Positions 1 to 8,765 of a DNA stretch of 64,000 nt are shown here, in pieces. The first letter of the stretch is position 1. The number at the start of each line of letters is the position of its first letter. The notes under the pieces were generated by a model. It was not told where the DNA came from, did no database searches, and worked only from the letters and a program-made list of their open reading frames with translations. The stretch is from assembly GCA_043739185.1 (NCBI GenBank), contig JAYUEN010000286.1, positions 1 to 64,000 of the forward strand, in the 5' to 3' direction. The position numbers and the translations under genes were made by a program. This stretch comes from Bdellovibrionales bacterium. Its GTDB lineage: Bacteria > Bdellovibrionota > Bdellovibrionia > Bdellovibrionales > JAMPXM01.

Positions 1-654
1 TGTTGATTGCAATCTGTTTTGGATCGCTCCAAAGTCAGCTCGCATTGCACTCACGCTCACAAGAGCAGAATCGATGGCTGCTAAACTATTCTGTGCTGAT
101 GCCTTGTCGGCGACACTTGTGAGGTTCACTCCAAGTGCAGCAGAGTTTGAATCTGCTTTCGACGCATCAAAAGATAATCTGTCAATATTGGGATCGTTTC
201 GGATACCGACTTGAAAGTCGAGAATTGAACCGGTTCCACTTAAGAGTGGTGTCCCGTTGAATTCGGTACCTGCGGATATTCGATCAATCTCGGATACGAG
301 CTGATCATACTCCACATTTAGAAACTGTCTCTCGACCGGCCCAATCGTATCAGAAGCTGCTTGCACTGCAAGTTCGCGCAATCTGATTAAGATCGTACTC
401 GTTTCGTTCAATCCGCCTTCTGCGACTTGCACGAGCGAGACACCGTCTTGAGCATTTCGTGATGCTTGTTTAAGACCTCTTGTTTGGGCTCTTAAGTTTT
501 CTGAGATTGCCAAACCGGCAGCATCATCTCCAGCGCGGTTAATCCGGTAACCTGAAGATAATTTCTCTAAACTCTTGTCCAAACCCATCTTCGTGCCCAC
601 CAAATTTCTTTGGGCATTTATCGAAGCCGTGTTTGTATTAATCCTTAAACCCAT
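1..654 (-). CDS. fliC: Flagellin (5' part; runs off the window start)
   Basis: Own translation from ATG 654: MGLRINTNTASINAQRNL...LEKLSSGYRINRAGDDAAGLAISE...NAQDGVSLVQVAEGGLNE, the flagellin N-terminal domain; GGAGGAG RBS at 661-667. Absent from the ORF track because it is truncated. Confidence 0.97.
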   Translation of the reverse strand, partial: MGLRINTNTASINAQRNLVGTKMGLDKSLEKLSSGYRINRAGDDAAGLAISENLRAQTRGLKQASRNAQDGVSLVQVAEGGLNETSTILIRLRELAVQAASDTIGPVERQFLNVEYDQLVSEIDRISAGTEFNGTPLLSGTGSILDFQVGIRNDPNIDRLSFDASKADSNSAALGVNLTSVADKASAQNSLAAIDSALVSVSAMRADFGAIQNRLQST

Positions 655-746
655 ACAATCCTCCTCCTTGAAGACAAATCACATTGTTCAGATGTGATTG
701 GGAGCTCATACTAAGCTCAATGGGTGTAACTTTACTTCCAACAAGC

Positions 747-773
747 TAATCGGTGCTTCATTGTGAGACTTGA
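747..773 (-). promoter_or_regulatory. Sigma28 (FliA) promoter of flagellin
   Basis: Minus strand TCAA-N15-ACCGATTA versus consensus TAAA-N15-GCCGATAA, about 93 nt upstream of the flagellin ATG. Confidence 0.75.
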
Positions 774-961
774 GAGTTATTATCTCATTGTGGGAATTTC
801 TAGACTTTTGACAAGATATTTCAAGCCCAGATCTGCTATACGCGTCCCCACAGCCAAAAAACTTTATAACTAGACCCGAGGGCCCTCCCCTCGCAATGCC
901 TTTGGCACAAAAAAATCGACTCAAACGTCTATTAAATGAGGATTTCGGAGGCGTCTTATAT

Positions 962-2074
962 ATGCCAAAGCTCACTCTTTCATATTCACTCGTTTTTTCT
1001 GTAGCTCTATGTTCATTATCTATCAATTGTTCGAGTCCATCTTCTGAAAGCAATTCGCCAATTACTCCTCCGAATACAAATGAGTTGAAAGCAGATCCCT
1101 GGAATGCACCCGTTTCTGATTTGGTTTTAGGCGCACAACTATCAGATGGTTGGAGTGACTTGAGATTGATTGCTGCTCCGGTAAATGTCTCTGGCGGCTG
1201 GACAGATTCAGCAGCGATATCAATTGATGGATTAAGTCTTTACTTTGCCTACGCCAGATTTAGTTTCAGCGACCTAATTGATAAGGGGCAATACAATATG
1301 AATGGACCGTTTCGACCAGGAATGACTGGCGACTATATGAAAAACTTTAAAGCCGATCTCACTCCAAATGGTTGGGTGGTCAATTACCTTTCAACCAATG
1401 GCGATATCCATCAAAATGAAGGCTCTCTTTCTACCAATGCGGAGCAAGATCTACGTGTCTTCGCTAAATTTAATTCATCAGGAGATATGGCAAGCATTTA
1501 CTATTCGGCAAAAGATTCAACTGGCAACTGGTCAATACCCCTGATGTTGGGTGGCCCTATTAATAATCCGAACTGCAGCAATGACAATCCCTTCATTCTT
1601 GGAAGTTTAAAAACAGGTGTGGATATTTATTTTGATTCGGATCGAACTGATCTCGGTTGTTCTTCAAAAGGAACCGCAAAACACATCTATCATTCTCTTT
1701 ATAATCCGACTCTCAATAGCTATTCGCCGCTAGAACTAGTGGCTGGTATCAACGGCACCACTCTGGGTGATAGTGACTATCAGCCATTTATCACCCAAGA
1801 CAAAAAGCATTTTTACTGGACCGGCGTACGTAGTACGGCTTATGCCATTTTCACTGCAGATCTAGTTGGCGGAAGCTATGCAAATGTCAGGGCGGTGGTT
1901 CAGCCCAATTATACGGCGCCCTTTACTGGCAAATTGGTATTTGTTGGTGAAGCCAATATCGCCGAAACTCCCCAGGGCTCACTTATGTATATGATTTGTG
2001 GACTTGCCACCAATGAAGTTGGCATCACTCACGGTGCCGATTTGAAAATTTGTCGAGCAAAAAAGAGTAAATGA
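962..2074 (+). CDS. Lipoprotein with TolB/PD40-like beta-propeller repeats
   Basis: Probable start ATG 962 (GGAGG upstream; ORF track starts 896). Hydrophobic signal ending SINC; repeats such as GPINNPNCSNDNPFI, GINGTTLGDSDYQPFITQDKKHFYW, AISIDGLSLYF. Confidence 0.6.
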   Translation: MPKLTLSYSLVFSVALCSLSINCSSPSSESNSPITPPNTNELKADPWNAPVSDLVLGAQLSDGWSDLRLIAAPVNVSGGWTDSAAISIDGLSLYFAYARFSFSDLIDKGQYNMNGPFRPGMTGDYMKNFKADLTPNGWVVNYLSTNGDIHQNEGSLSTNAEQDLRVFAKFNSSGDMASIYYSAKDSTGNWSIPLMLGGPINNPNCSNDNPFILGSLKTGVDIYFDSDRTDLGCSSKGTAKHIYHSLYNPTLNSYSPLELVAGINGTTLGDSDYQPFITQDKKHFYWTGVRSTAYAIFTADLVGGSYANVRAVVQPNYTAPFTGKLVFVGEANIAETPQGSLMYMICGLATNEVGITHGADLKICRAKKSK

Positions 2075-2084
2075 TTTAAAGCTA

Positions 2085-3068
2085 CTAAGGTATGCGCTCT
2101 CTCAAATCATCAAAAGACATTTTTCTAATTTGGGCTTCGAGTTCAGCTCTTTGATGTGGATCATTGGGGTCATTTAAAAACGGCAGCGTGGCTTCAAAAG
2201 CCAAGTTTTGCAAATGAGTTCGGCTATAAAAAGTTTTGAGCCAAAGAGAATCGACCGCATCTTTGACTTCGATTAAATCTGATCCAAATGGAGTGTATTG
2301 ATCTACCGAATGGAGTACGGCCGGAGAAACTGCAACCATATAGAGACCCGCAACGAGTGAAAGTCTCCAAAATATCTTTTGAAATCCATTGTAAATCCTT
2401 AGGCCATTACCACCCGGAATTCTTTGATTGATATACTGAATCGCCTCAGCTTGAGTCATAACAGGCAGCCTTTGTACAAGCTCAGCCTTTTGAGCCTTTG
2501 ACATAAAACGATTGAGTTTAGGCAAATAAATTGGAATGAAGCTTCGGCTCATCAGGCCGACAGTTATCCACGCTGCCACTGCCGCAGTCGCCTTAAAAAT
2601 ATTTCGATTTTTTTGATAATGAATTCGCAGCGCCGAGGACTTCAATTCAAGTTCGGATCGATTTCTTATCTGCAGTTTAAGCTGCTCGCTCAGTACTTCT
2701 TGTAATATAATTAAAGCTTGCTCTGGAGAATTAGCCTTTTGCTGTTTAACTCGTTCAACTGCGTGTGTGTAGGTCTGCAGATTCGCTTTTAAATAAGAGC
2801 CAACCAAGTCATCGATCTGACGTCCATGCAATTTTTCAAGGTCAAGTTCTTCGAGATGATTTAAAAAGTCTGCGAAAGCACCTGGATTGTTTTCAATCGC
2901 TTCGTTTTGAAATAGAAACTCCGAGACATCTTCCGAAAGCTCTCGGAGTAAATCGAGCTTTTGCTTCACGTTAGAATTCTGAACCGCAAACAAATCCTGA
3001 CAAGTTTGTGCTTGTACAAGACTTGTTTGAAGCAGAACCATAAAAATGAAAGCCAAAGCAAATTTCAT
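2085..3068 (-). CDS. Hypothetical exported protein with two internal hydrophobic helices
   Basis: 327 aa; signal peptide ending VQA, then QTCQDLF; hydrophobic stretches AAVAAWITVGLM and LSLVAGLYMVAVSPAV; 5 bp downstream of 3074..4315. Confidence 0.75.
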   Translation of the reverse strand: MKFALAFIFMVLLQTSLVQAQTCQDLFAVQNSNVKQKLDLLRELSEDVSEFLFQNEAIENNPGAFADFLNHLEELDLEKLHGRQIDDLVGSYLKANLQTYTHAVERVKQQKANSPEQALIILQEVLSEQLKLQIRNRSELELKSSALRIHYQKNRNIFKATAAVAAWITVGLMSRSFIPIYLPKLNRFMSKAQKAELVQRLPVMTQAEAIQYINQRIPGGNGLRIYNGFQKIFWRLSLVAGLYMVAVSPAVLHSVDQYTPFGSDLIEVKDAVDSLWLKTFYSRTHLQNLAFEATLPFLNDPNDPHQRAELEAQIRKMSFDDLRERIP

Positions 3069-3073
3069 TATAA

Positions 3074-4315
3074 TTAAATCTTCCCAACACTTTTAATCAG
3101 TTTTTCTTGTTCGAGCTGGGTAATGGTATCCACGATGATCGCTTTGGTTGCTTTTGTCGAAAGTCGACTGCCATCAAAGTTCAATACAAGATATAGTCCA
3201 AAGCTCGCATAACCCGAACCGGTCTTGAGCTCTATGTTTTGCGCTCTTAAATCCTCGCTCATTCTCTCATTGGCACGTTGTTTTAAGGTGATTGCTCGCC
3301 AAGCAAGCGTCGTGCCCAAAGCAATTGAGATAGCCGAAACAGCGGCCTTGGCTTGCATCATTTGCTTGAAGTTTCGCGTCTGCGGAAACAAAATCTTAAA
3401 TAGGCGATCATACAGAGCACCTAGCTGTTTAAAACCAGGAACCGCCGAAGCGTCGGTAGCGTAAATGAGAGCTCCATTATTAAAAAGGCCAATTCCTAAA
3501 GCCAAAGTAGCCTTAGCCTCAAAATCAGACTGAGATAATTTTGCTAAAACCTTGGTGTTCATCGAATCTTCAAGCGCAGACAAGTCCTTTGCTCGATAGA
3601 AATTAGCTCCAATGACACTACATTTTTCAAATGCGACGTCGACGTTGTATTGAGTCCCTAATTTATTTTCAGAAATGGCCGACGTAGGGCACTCACGAAA
3701 GCCAAATAGCTCAGTATTGTCTTTTGAGACACTGATTTTAATCAAAGTACTCGGGTCATCTGAAAATCGCATGACCGTAATTTTTTTCTCCAGAGCATAA
3801 TCGAGATCAGCTGCCACTTCTTTTGGACTAAACACTTGCTTTGAACACTCAAATTCATCGCCTTCATTTTTGGTTTTGCGAAAAATTTCATGTGCGACGT
3901 TTTTATTAAAACCCACTGGATTTTTGCCAAAGGCCGCATCCACTCGATCACAACGTACTTTGATCGCCTTAAGATCTTTTTGTAAAAACATCGCGATTTC
4001 GGGATTATTCAAATAAGTAAGTGGTTCATTTGGAGTCAGATACTGTAGATCTTTTTCGACCGGTACGAGTTTGCGAAATTCCACACCAGTCATCGCACAG
4101 CCTTTTTTCATTCCTGGCCCATTGGCATCCATCCAGAGAGCAACTTGCTCAGCACCCGAACGAATGGTCGCTCCACAGCTGGTACCGCCACCACTGCCCA
4201 TCCCGCCACCGCCTGCATTGCCAGAGTCTGAACCTCCGGCAGCCTGTAGATGAACCGATACAAAAAGACCAGTTAGGGCAGTCAAAACTCGTGTTATATT
4301 AATTAGATGCTTCAT
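3074..4315 (-). CDS. Hypothetical secreted protein with Gly-rich mature N-terminus
   Basis: 413 aa; signal peptide, AGGSDSGNAGGGGMGSGGG, several Cys, two C-terminal hydrophobic helices; GGAGA RBS at 4321-4325. Confidence 0.8.
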   Translation of the reverse strand: MKHLINITRVLTALTGLFVSVHLQAAGGSDSGNAGGGGMGSGGGTSCGATIRSGAEQVALWMDANGPGMKKGCAMTGVEFRKLVPVEKDLQYLTPNEPLTYLNNPEIAMFLQKDLKAIKVRCDRVDAAFGKNPVGFNKNVAHEIFRKTKNEGDEFECSKQVFSPKEVAADLDYALEKKITVMRFSDDPSTLIKISVSKDNTELFGFRECPTSAISENKLGTQYNVDVAFEKCSVIGANFYRAKDLSALEDSMNTKVLAKLSQSDFEAKATLALGIGLFNNGALIYATDASAVPGFKQLGALYDRLFKILFPQTRNFKQMMQAKAAVSAISIALGTTLAWRAITLKQRANERMSEDLRAQNIELKTGSGYASFGLYLVLNFDGSRLSTKATKAIIVDTITQLEQEKLIKSVGKI

Positions 4316-4361
4316 ATTCGTCTCCGTTTATTAAATAGGGTTTAAGTGCAATTGAAAGACC

Positions 4362-4440
4362 AATATACGCGACGCGTCGTTCGGGCGATAGGTTTGCTTA
4401 GTAAAAAATCAGCAACATTTGTTACCAAATAGTCATGAGT
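4362..4440 (-). promoter_or_regulatory. Conserved promoter/operator element, copy A
   Basis: 47/76 ungapped identity (4365-4440 vs 5665-5740) concentrated in blocks; inverted repeat TTAGTAAAAAAT-N7-ATTTGTTACCAA (4398-4428, 10/12); minus-strand -10 TATATT at 4362-4367. Confidence 0.7.
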
Positions 4441-4459
4441 ATCCTTAAAACGCCGATAT
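4433..4459 (+). promoter_or_regulatory. Possible sigma28 promoter of the DUF4423 gene
   Basis: TCAT-N15-GCCGATAT ending 9 nt before ATG 4469; would give an almost leaderless mRNA. Confidence 0.4.
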
Positions 4460-4468
4460 TACATAGGA

Positions 4469-5278
4469 ATGACAATATTTGAATTTAAAGATGAACGCAG
4501 TTTTCTGCGCGAATACATTCAGCATCTACCCAAAAATGGGCGCGGCGAAATCAGTCGAATTGCCACTCATTTGGGAGTGCACTCAAGTTTCATTAGCCAG
4601 ATTTTAGCAGGCACCAAAGACTTCAATATTGAGCAAGCCCAAGATTTGGCGGGCTATCTGGGATTGAATTCACTCGAAACAGATTATTTTATTCTCCTCG
4701 TTCAAATTTCAAGGGCCGGAACCAATAATCTCAAAACTTACTTTCGCAACAAACTCAATATACTTAAAAGCCAGTCGCTCGAGATCGCCAAAAGAATTCC
4801 TCAGGATCGAAAGCTAACAGAATATGAATGTTCAATATTTTATTCGAGTTGGCTTTATTTGGCGGTTTGGCTTCAGACATCTATTGACGATGGCCAAAGC
4901 CTCGATAGTATCGCAAGCCGCTTTGATGTACCCAGAGCGCGCATCTCAGAAATTTTAGAATTTTTAATTTCTACTCAATTGGTTCGCTTAGAAAAAGATC
5001 TCTACGTCATGGGACCACAATTGATTCACTTGGATCGGAGCTCCCCGTTTCTCGTCAAACATCATATCAATTGGCGGGTAAAGGCGATTCAAAGAAGTGA
5101 GGATATTGCGAGTGAAGAAATGATGTTCACGTCTCCGCTTTCGATTAGTCGAAAAAATTTTACTGAGCTTCGCGAACAGATTGTGGCACTCATCAAAAAC
5201 GCTTCTGCACTTGTTACCAAGTCTCCCGCAGAAGACTTGGCCTGTTTAAATCTTGATTTATTCTGGATTAAAAAATAA
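4469..5278 (+). CDS. TIGR02147-family protein (N-terminal XRE-like HTH, C-terminal DUF4423); putative transcription regulator
   Basis: 269 aa; HTH ISRIATHLGVHSSFISQILAG; family-like motifs YFILLVQ, FYSSWLY, HHINWR, C-terminal LNLDLF. Confidence 0.85.
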   Translation: MTIFEFKDERSFLREYIQHLPKNGRGEISRIATHLGVHSSFISQILAGTKDFNIEQAQDLAGYLGLNSLETDYFILLVQISRAGTNNLKTYFRNKLNILKSQSLEIAKRIPQDRKLTEYECSIFYSSWLYLAVWLQTSIDDGQSLDSIASRFDVPRARISEILEFLISTQLVRLEKDLYVMGPQLIHLDRSSPFLVKHHINWRVKAIQRSEDIASEEMMFTSPLSISRKNFTELREQIVALIKNASALVTKSPAEDLACLNLDLFWIKK

Positions 5279-5286
5279 TTCGGCTT

Positions 5287-5601
5287 TTACAGCATTGGTC
5301 GGCTGGCTACACATACGGACTGAGCTGGACGATACACATTTGTCATAAAACAAGCGGTTGTTTGTGGATTACAAAGTTCAGCACTGAATCCTACGCAAAG
5401 TTGTTCAGCGTAAGCTGAATCTGGCTTTGCATGGCAACCAGGGCGAATCTCTGGCGAATACGCTTCCTGACAAAAGCCAACACTCACACAAACATGCGGA
5501 TTGGCGCTCAAACTTCTACAAATTTGGTTTAAAGTATAACCAGGATCTGCAGACGCGATTGCAGATACTAAAAATGCGATTGAGAAAAATAGACTTTTCA
5601 T
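5287..5601 (-). CDS. Small Cys-rich secreted protein
   Basis: 104 aa; signal peptide ending ASA; 8 Cys in the mature part; AAGGAG RBS. Confidence 0.8.
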   Translation of the reverse strand: MKSLFFSIAFLVSAIASADPGYTLNQICRSLSANPHVCVSVGFCQEAYSPEIRPGCHAKPDSAYAEQLCVGFSAELCNPQTTACFMTNVYRPAQSVCVASRPML

Positions 5602-5661
5602 AAAAACTCCTTTGAAAGTTTTGCCTTCAATAAATTTCGAAGGGTTTAATTTGTTTTCTCG

Positions 5662-5740
5662 ATAATACGCGATGCGTTAAATATTGGATAGGTTTTGTTA
5701 GTAATAATTTATGCTAAATCATGACCAATTGCTTATGATT
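5662..5740 (-). promoter_or_regulatory. Conserved promoter/operator element, copy B
   Basis: Same blocks as copy A (ATACGCGAyGCGT, GATAGGTTT, TTAGTAA, ACCAA, ATGA); inverted repeat TTAGTAATAATT-N7-AATCATGACCAA (5698-5728, 9/12); minus-strand -10 TATTAT at 5662-5667. Confidence 0.7.
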
Positions 5741-5805
5741 TTTTATTAAACTTATTAATTTCAATATATTATGGCTTAATCAAAGCCCTTAGTTTTCGCC
5801 TATTT

Positions 5806-7719
5806 TCAGTAGTAATAGAGCAGTTGTCCATCAAAAAGCGCCTTTGAATTTTCACTCTTAACGGTCGCGCGCAGAGCCCAATTTTTTTGCGGAGTCCATT
5901 GCGCACCAATAGTGTTTTGGCGAAATTCAGAAGCCTTCGACAAATAGTCATAGCGCAAATAGCTTTCTGCGAGGAGCGAAAGCGCATGGTGATTCCAGCG
6001 AAGCATAAGTGCTGGACCGGCACCGCCCCGAAATGCCCAAGTTTGAAAATTGGGATTTTGTTGAACCCCCATTCTCAACCAAAGTGACATGTCGAAATCT
6101 TTAAACCAGGTTTTGGTAGCAGCAATTCCTCCACTCATTTCACTGACATTACAAAGTGAGCTGCAGTCATTTTCAAAGCTCCGCTCGTTTGCAATCTTAA
6201 GGCGCCAGGAAGGATGCACTGAAAACTCATCGATAGGTGCTAATGAAAGCACCTCAAAGATTACGGCCTTTTCAAGACTCAAAAGCTTGGTAGCTGAATT
6301 GAGACCAAGAGCAAAATCGCCCATGGTAATTTGTGCACCCGAAGGATAGCCAATTTTTGGATCGAGCAAATCGTGGAGGGCAAACTTATAACTGAATAAT
6401 AATCCGTCACCGTCATCTGGCCAATGTTTGTAGCCAAAACCTAGGCGCCGTGAACCTTCGGCATCATGAGGGGCTTCGGACCAAGGGATGCTGATGGGCA
6501 ATACAGGCGAAATTCCGCCCACCTCCGAACGCGCGAACAGAACTTCTTTCTTCAAAGAGTATTTGCCAACCTTTTTTAAAATATCATTTGGATAGCGAAA
6601 ATCGAGGTAATCCATAACTGCGTCCAGTGTTTCTCTTTTAGCTTCGCCTTCCAAACCTTGTGTGAGTTCACTTAAGGATTCGCTTTGTGCGAAATTTTTA
6701 ATACGCTCTTGGGTACTCGCCGATATTCGCAAATATCTATTTTGAAAGCTTGCGCGAACAGAGGGCCGATAATGAATATGGCTGACGAGACCAGGCACTT
6801 CGTAGATCGTCTGAACAGTATCTGCCGGCATGACTTGAGTCTTTAGTTGATCAACCAAGTGGAGCTCTGGGCGCGCGAGCTCTAGTACTGCCAAAATGCG
6901 ATAGGAACAATTTTGCGAGAAGTAATGATAGTCAAAGTTGACATCTGAGAGCTCCCAAATGAATGCAATGATGAGCTCAACTTCTTCAGGCGTAAAGCTC
7001 AAATCATATTCCCAAAGATCACGGGATTCGAAATCATTGTATTCGCGAACTTTAAAATAATATGGATTAACATCAAAAGTTCCCGGCATAAATCCTGAAA
7101 CGCCGAGAATCGAGTAGACCAAAGGATTGTCGGACACCTGCAAGGCAGCATATCCAATCCCATAGTCAGCAAGTTCAAAGCGCTCGCCTGTTTGCGCTGA
7201 TGGCGCTTTATTCACACGTAAAAAAGTATGTCCAAAGCCCGAAGCCGGATTATTCAGATAATAAGACGAAAAAACATAGGTAAGCGACTGGGCCTGTAAA
7301 ATTTCTTTGAATCTGCCAAAACGCTCACATGAAATGGGGCCAAGCTTTTGGCCAAGTTTTTTTTCTAACCAAAGTTTTCGGGCCGGGAATACACAAGCCA
7401 CAGGGTCATTAAATTTTTGATCGCGCGATTTGATCAAGCGCTTGTTTTCAAAAAGACTTTCAATCGTGGCCGCAAGTTCACGCTCAGGTTGAGTGGCTCC
7501 CTCAGGACTTAAATAAAATTTTTCGGATCCCGCCTGACTTTTGAATCCGCCCCAAATATTTTTTTGATATTGTAAGAGCCTTAGCCATTGAATGTCTTGA
7601 GACCAATGTTCAGCGCGAGATTTTTCAAGAACAGAATTCAAATCTAGAGTAGAAGTGAGAGCATTTGAAGAAAGCCCCACGAGAGTGAGGCTCAATAAAA
7701 TAAAAATTAGCCGTGGCAA
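5806..7719 (-). CDS. DUF4105 (Lnb N-terminal-like) domain protein with probable C-terminal beta-barrel
   Basis: Signal peptide; W-x-x-LL-x-Y, CVFPARK, NPASGFGHTFLR, YNDFESRDLWEY, YHYFSQNCS; beta-strand-like C-terminus ending QLLYYY. Confidence 0.85.
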   Translation of the reverse strand: MPRLIFILLSLTLVGLSSNALTSTLDLNSVLEKSRAEHWSQDIQWLRLLQYQKNIWGGFKSQAGSEKFYLSPEGATQPERELAATIESLFENKRLIKSRDQKFNDPVACVFPARKLWLEKKLGQKLGPISCERFGRFKEILQAQSLTYVFSSYYLNNPASGFGHTFLRVNKAPSAQTGERFELADYGIGYAALQVSDNPLVYSILGVSGFMPGTFDVNPYYFKVREYNDFESRDLWEYDLSFTPEEVELIIAFIWELSDVNFDYHYFSQNCSYRILAVLELARPELHLVDQLKTQVMPADTVQTIYEVPGLVSHIHYRPSVRASFQNRYLRISASTQERIKNFAQSESLSELTQGLEGEAKRETLDAVMDYLDFRYPNDILKKVGKYSLKKEVLFARSEVGGISPVLPISIPWSEAPHDAEGSRRLGFGYKHWPDDGDGLLFSYKFALHDLLDPKIGYPSGAQITMGDFALGLNSATKLLSLEKAVIFEVLSLAPIDEFSVHPSWRLKIANERSFENDCSSLCNVSEMSGGIAATKTWFKDFDMSLWLRMGVQQNPNFQTWAFRGGAGPALMLRWNHHALSLLAESYLRYDYLSKASEFRQNTIGAQWTPQKNWALRATVKSENSKALFDGQLLYYY

Positions 7720-8195
7720 GATTGAGACATTGCAACGATTTTATCAGAAACTTCAGTTCCCAAAGTAGCGTTGCCATAAATATTTTTATAATTTTTTTGG
7801 AGTGTATTGCTAAATTGAGCATCACATCCCAGCATATTATTCAAAGTACTCAAAGTTTCACCCTGACCGCGAACGATATCATTTTCAAGTGCTACTGAGT
7901 TGGATTGAATATAGGCATTTATTTCGGCCTTTGCAAAAACTCCGGCTCCACAATTAGATGTACCAGAAGTGATCCCGAAAGTTTGCACGCCAGTGCCGTT
8001 TAAAGTCGCAGCAAAAATCTGCATTGCACCTGGCTGAGCACCAAACGCCAATGAACCAAGACCACAACCAGCAACGCCATAAGTACCTGACGCTGCAGCC
8101 TTAGGCTCCATTGCTTTGGGTGCTGTTTTGGTATCTTTTGCATTTGCAAGCGACCAACTACCAATTGCTAAAATCATTACGATAAATAATCTCAC
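7707..8195 (-). CDS. DUF3015 family secreted protein (copy 1)
   Basis: GTG start with GGGGAG RBS; YGVAGCGLGS, QTFGITSGTSNC, DIVRGQGETL motifs. Confidence 0.85.
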   Translation of the reverse strand: MRLFIVMILAIGSWSLANAKDTKTAPKAMEPKAAASGTYGVAGCGLGSLAFGAQPGAMQIFAATLNGTGVQTFGITSGTSNCGAGVFAKAEINAYIQSNSVALENDIVRGQGETLSTLNNMLGCDAQFSNTLQKNYKNIYGNATLGTEVSDKIVAMSQSCHG

Positions 8196-8297
8196 GATGT
8201 CTCCCCTAAAATGAATCCGACACCATGTCGGATCAATAGTTAGTGAATAGTATGTAAAACAAATTTCAAGTGCGCAAGTCTTTCTCTAAGCTCGCGC

Positions 8298-8765
8298 TTA
8301 AGAAGCATGGCAAGATCGAGACATTTCAACGATTTTATCAGATAGTTCAGTTCCCGTTCTGCCTGCGCCGAATATGCTTCGGTAGTTCTTTTGAAGTAGT
8401 TCGTTGAAGTGCGCATCGCAGTTCAACATTTTATCAAGTGTACTCAAGGTTTCGCCCTGACCTCGAACGATATCATTTTCAAGGGCTACCGAATTGGACT
8501 GAATATAGGTATTGATTTCTTCTTTAGCAAAAATTCCGCCTCCGCAATTAGAGGTACCAGAGGTGATACCAAAAGTTTGAACTCCGGTGTGATTGAGAGT
8601 CGCAGCCAAAACCTGAATAGCTCCCGGTTCATTGCCAAATGCAAGTGAGCCCAGACCGCATCCTGAAACTCCATAAGTTCCTGAGCCCTTCAATGCGTCC
8701 GAGCCACTAGCGTAAGCACTGACCAATCCCGATACTGTCACCAATAAAACAAATAGTAATTTCAT
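8298..8765 (-). CDS. DUF3015 family secreted protein (copy 2, tandem paralog)
   Basis: Probable ATG 8765 (GGGGAG RBS); YGVSGCGLGS, QTFGITSGTSNC; long stretch identical to copy 1 (YIQSNSVALENDIVRGQGETLSTL). Confidence 0.85.
   Translation of the reverse strand: MKLLFVLLVTVSGLVSAYASGSDALKGSGTYGVSGCGLGSLAFGNEPGAIQVLAATLNHTGVQTFGITSGTSNCGGGIFAKEEINTYIQSNSVALENDIVRGQGETLSTLDKMLNCDAHFNELLQKNYRSIFGAGRTGTELSDKIVEMSRSCHAS

Noticed and set aside
903..918. TGGCAC upstream of the 962 lipoprotein as a sigma54 promoter
   Set aside because: The -12 element reads AATC, not TTGC.
706..1053. 115-aa minus-strand ORF and the many short antisense or nested ORFs in the track
   Set aside because: They overlap well-supported genes or promoters and show no motifs; treated as shadow ORFs.
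4347..4362. TGGTCTTTCAATTGCA as the definite promoter of 3074..4315
   Set aside because: Fits GG-N10-GC but is absent from copy B, while the -10-like hexamer is conserved in both; left ambiguous and not listed as a feature.
4365..5740. The 1300-bp-spaced repeats as att sites or IS ends
   Set aside because: Only 62% identical, block-like, and no recombinase or transposase between or near them.
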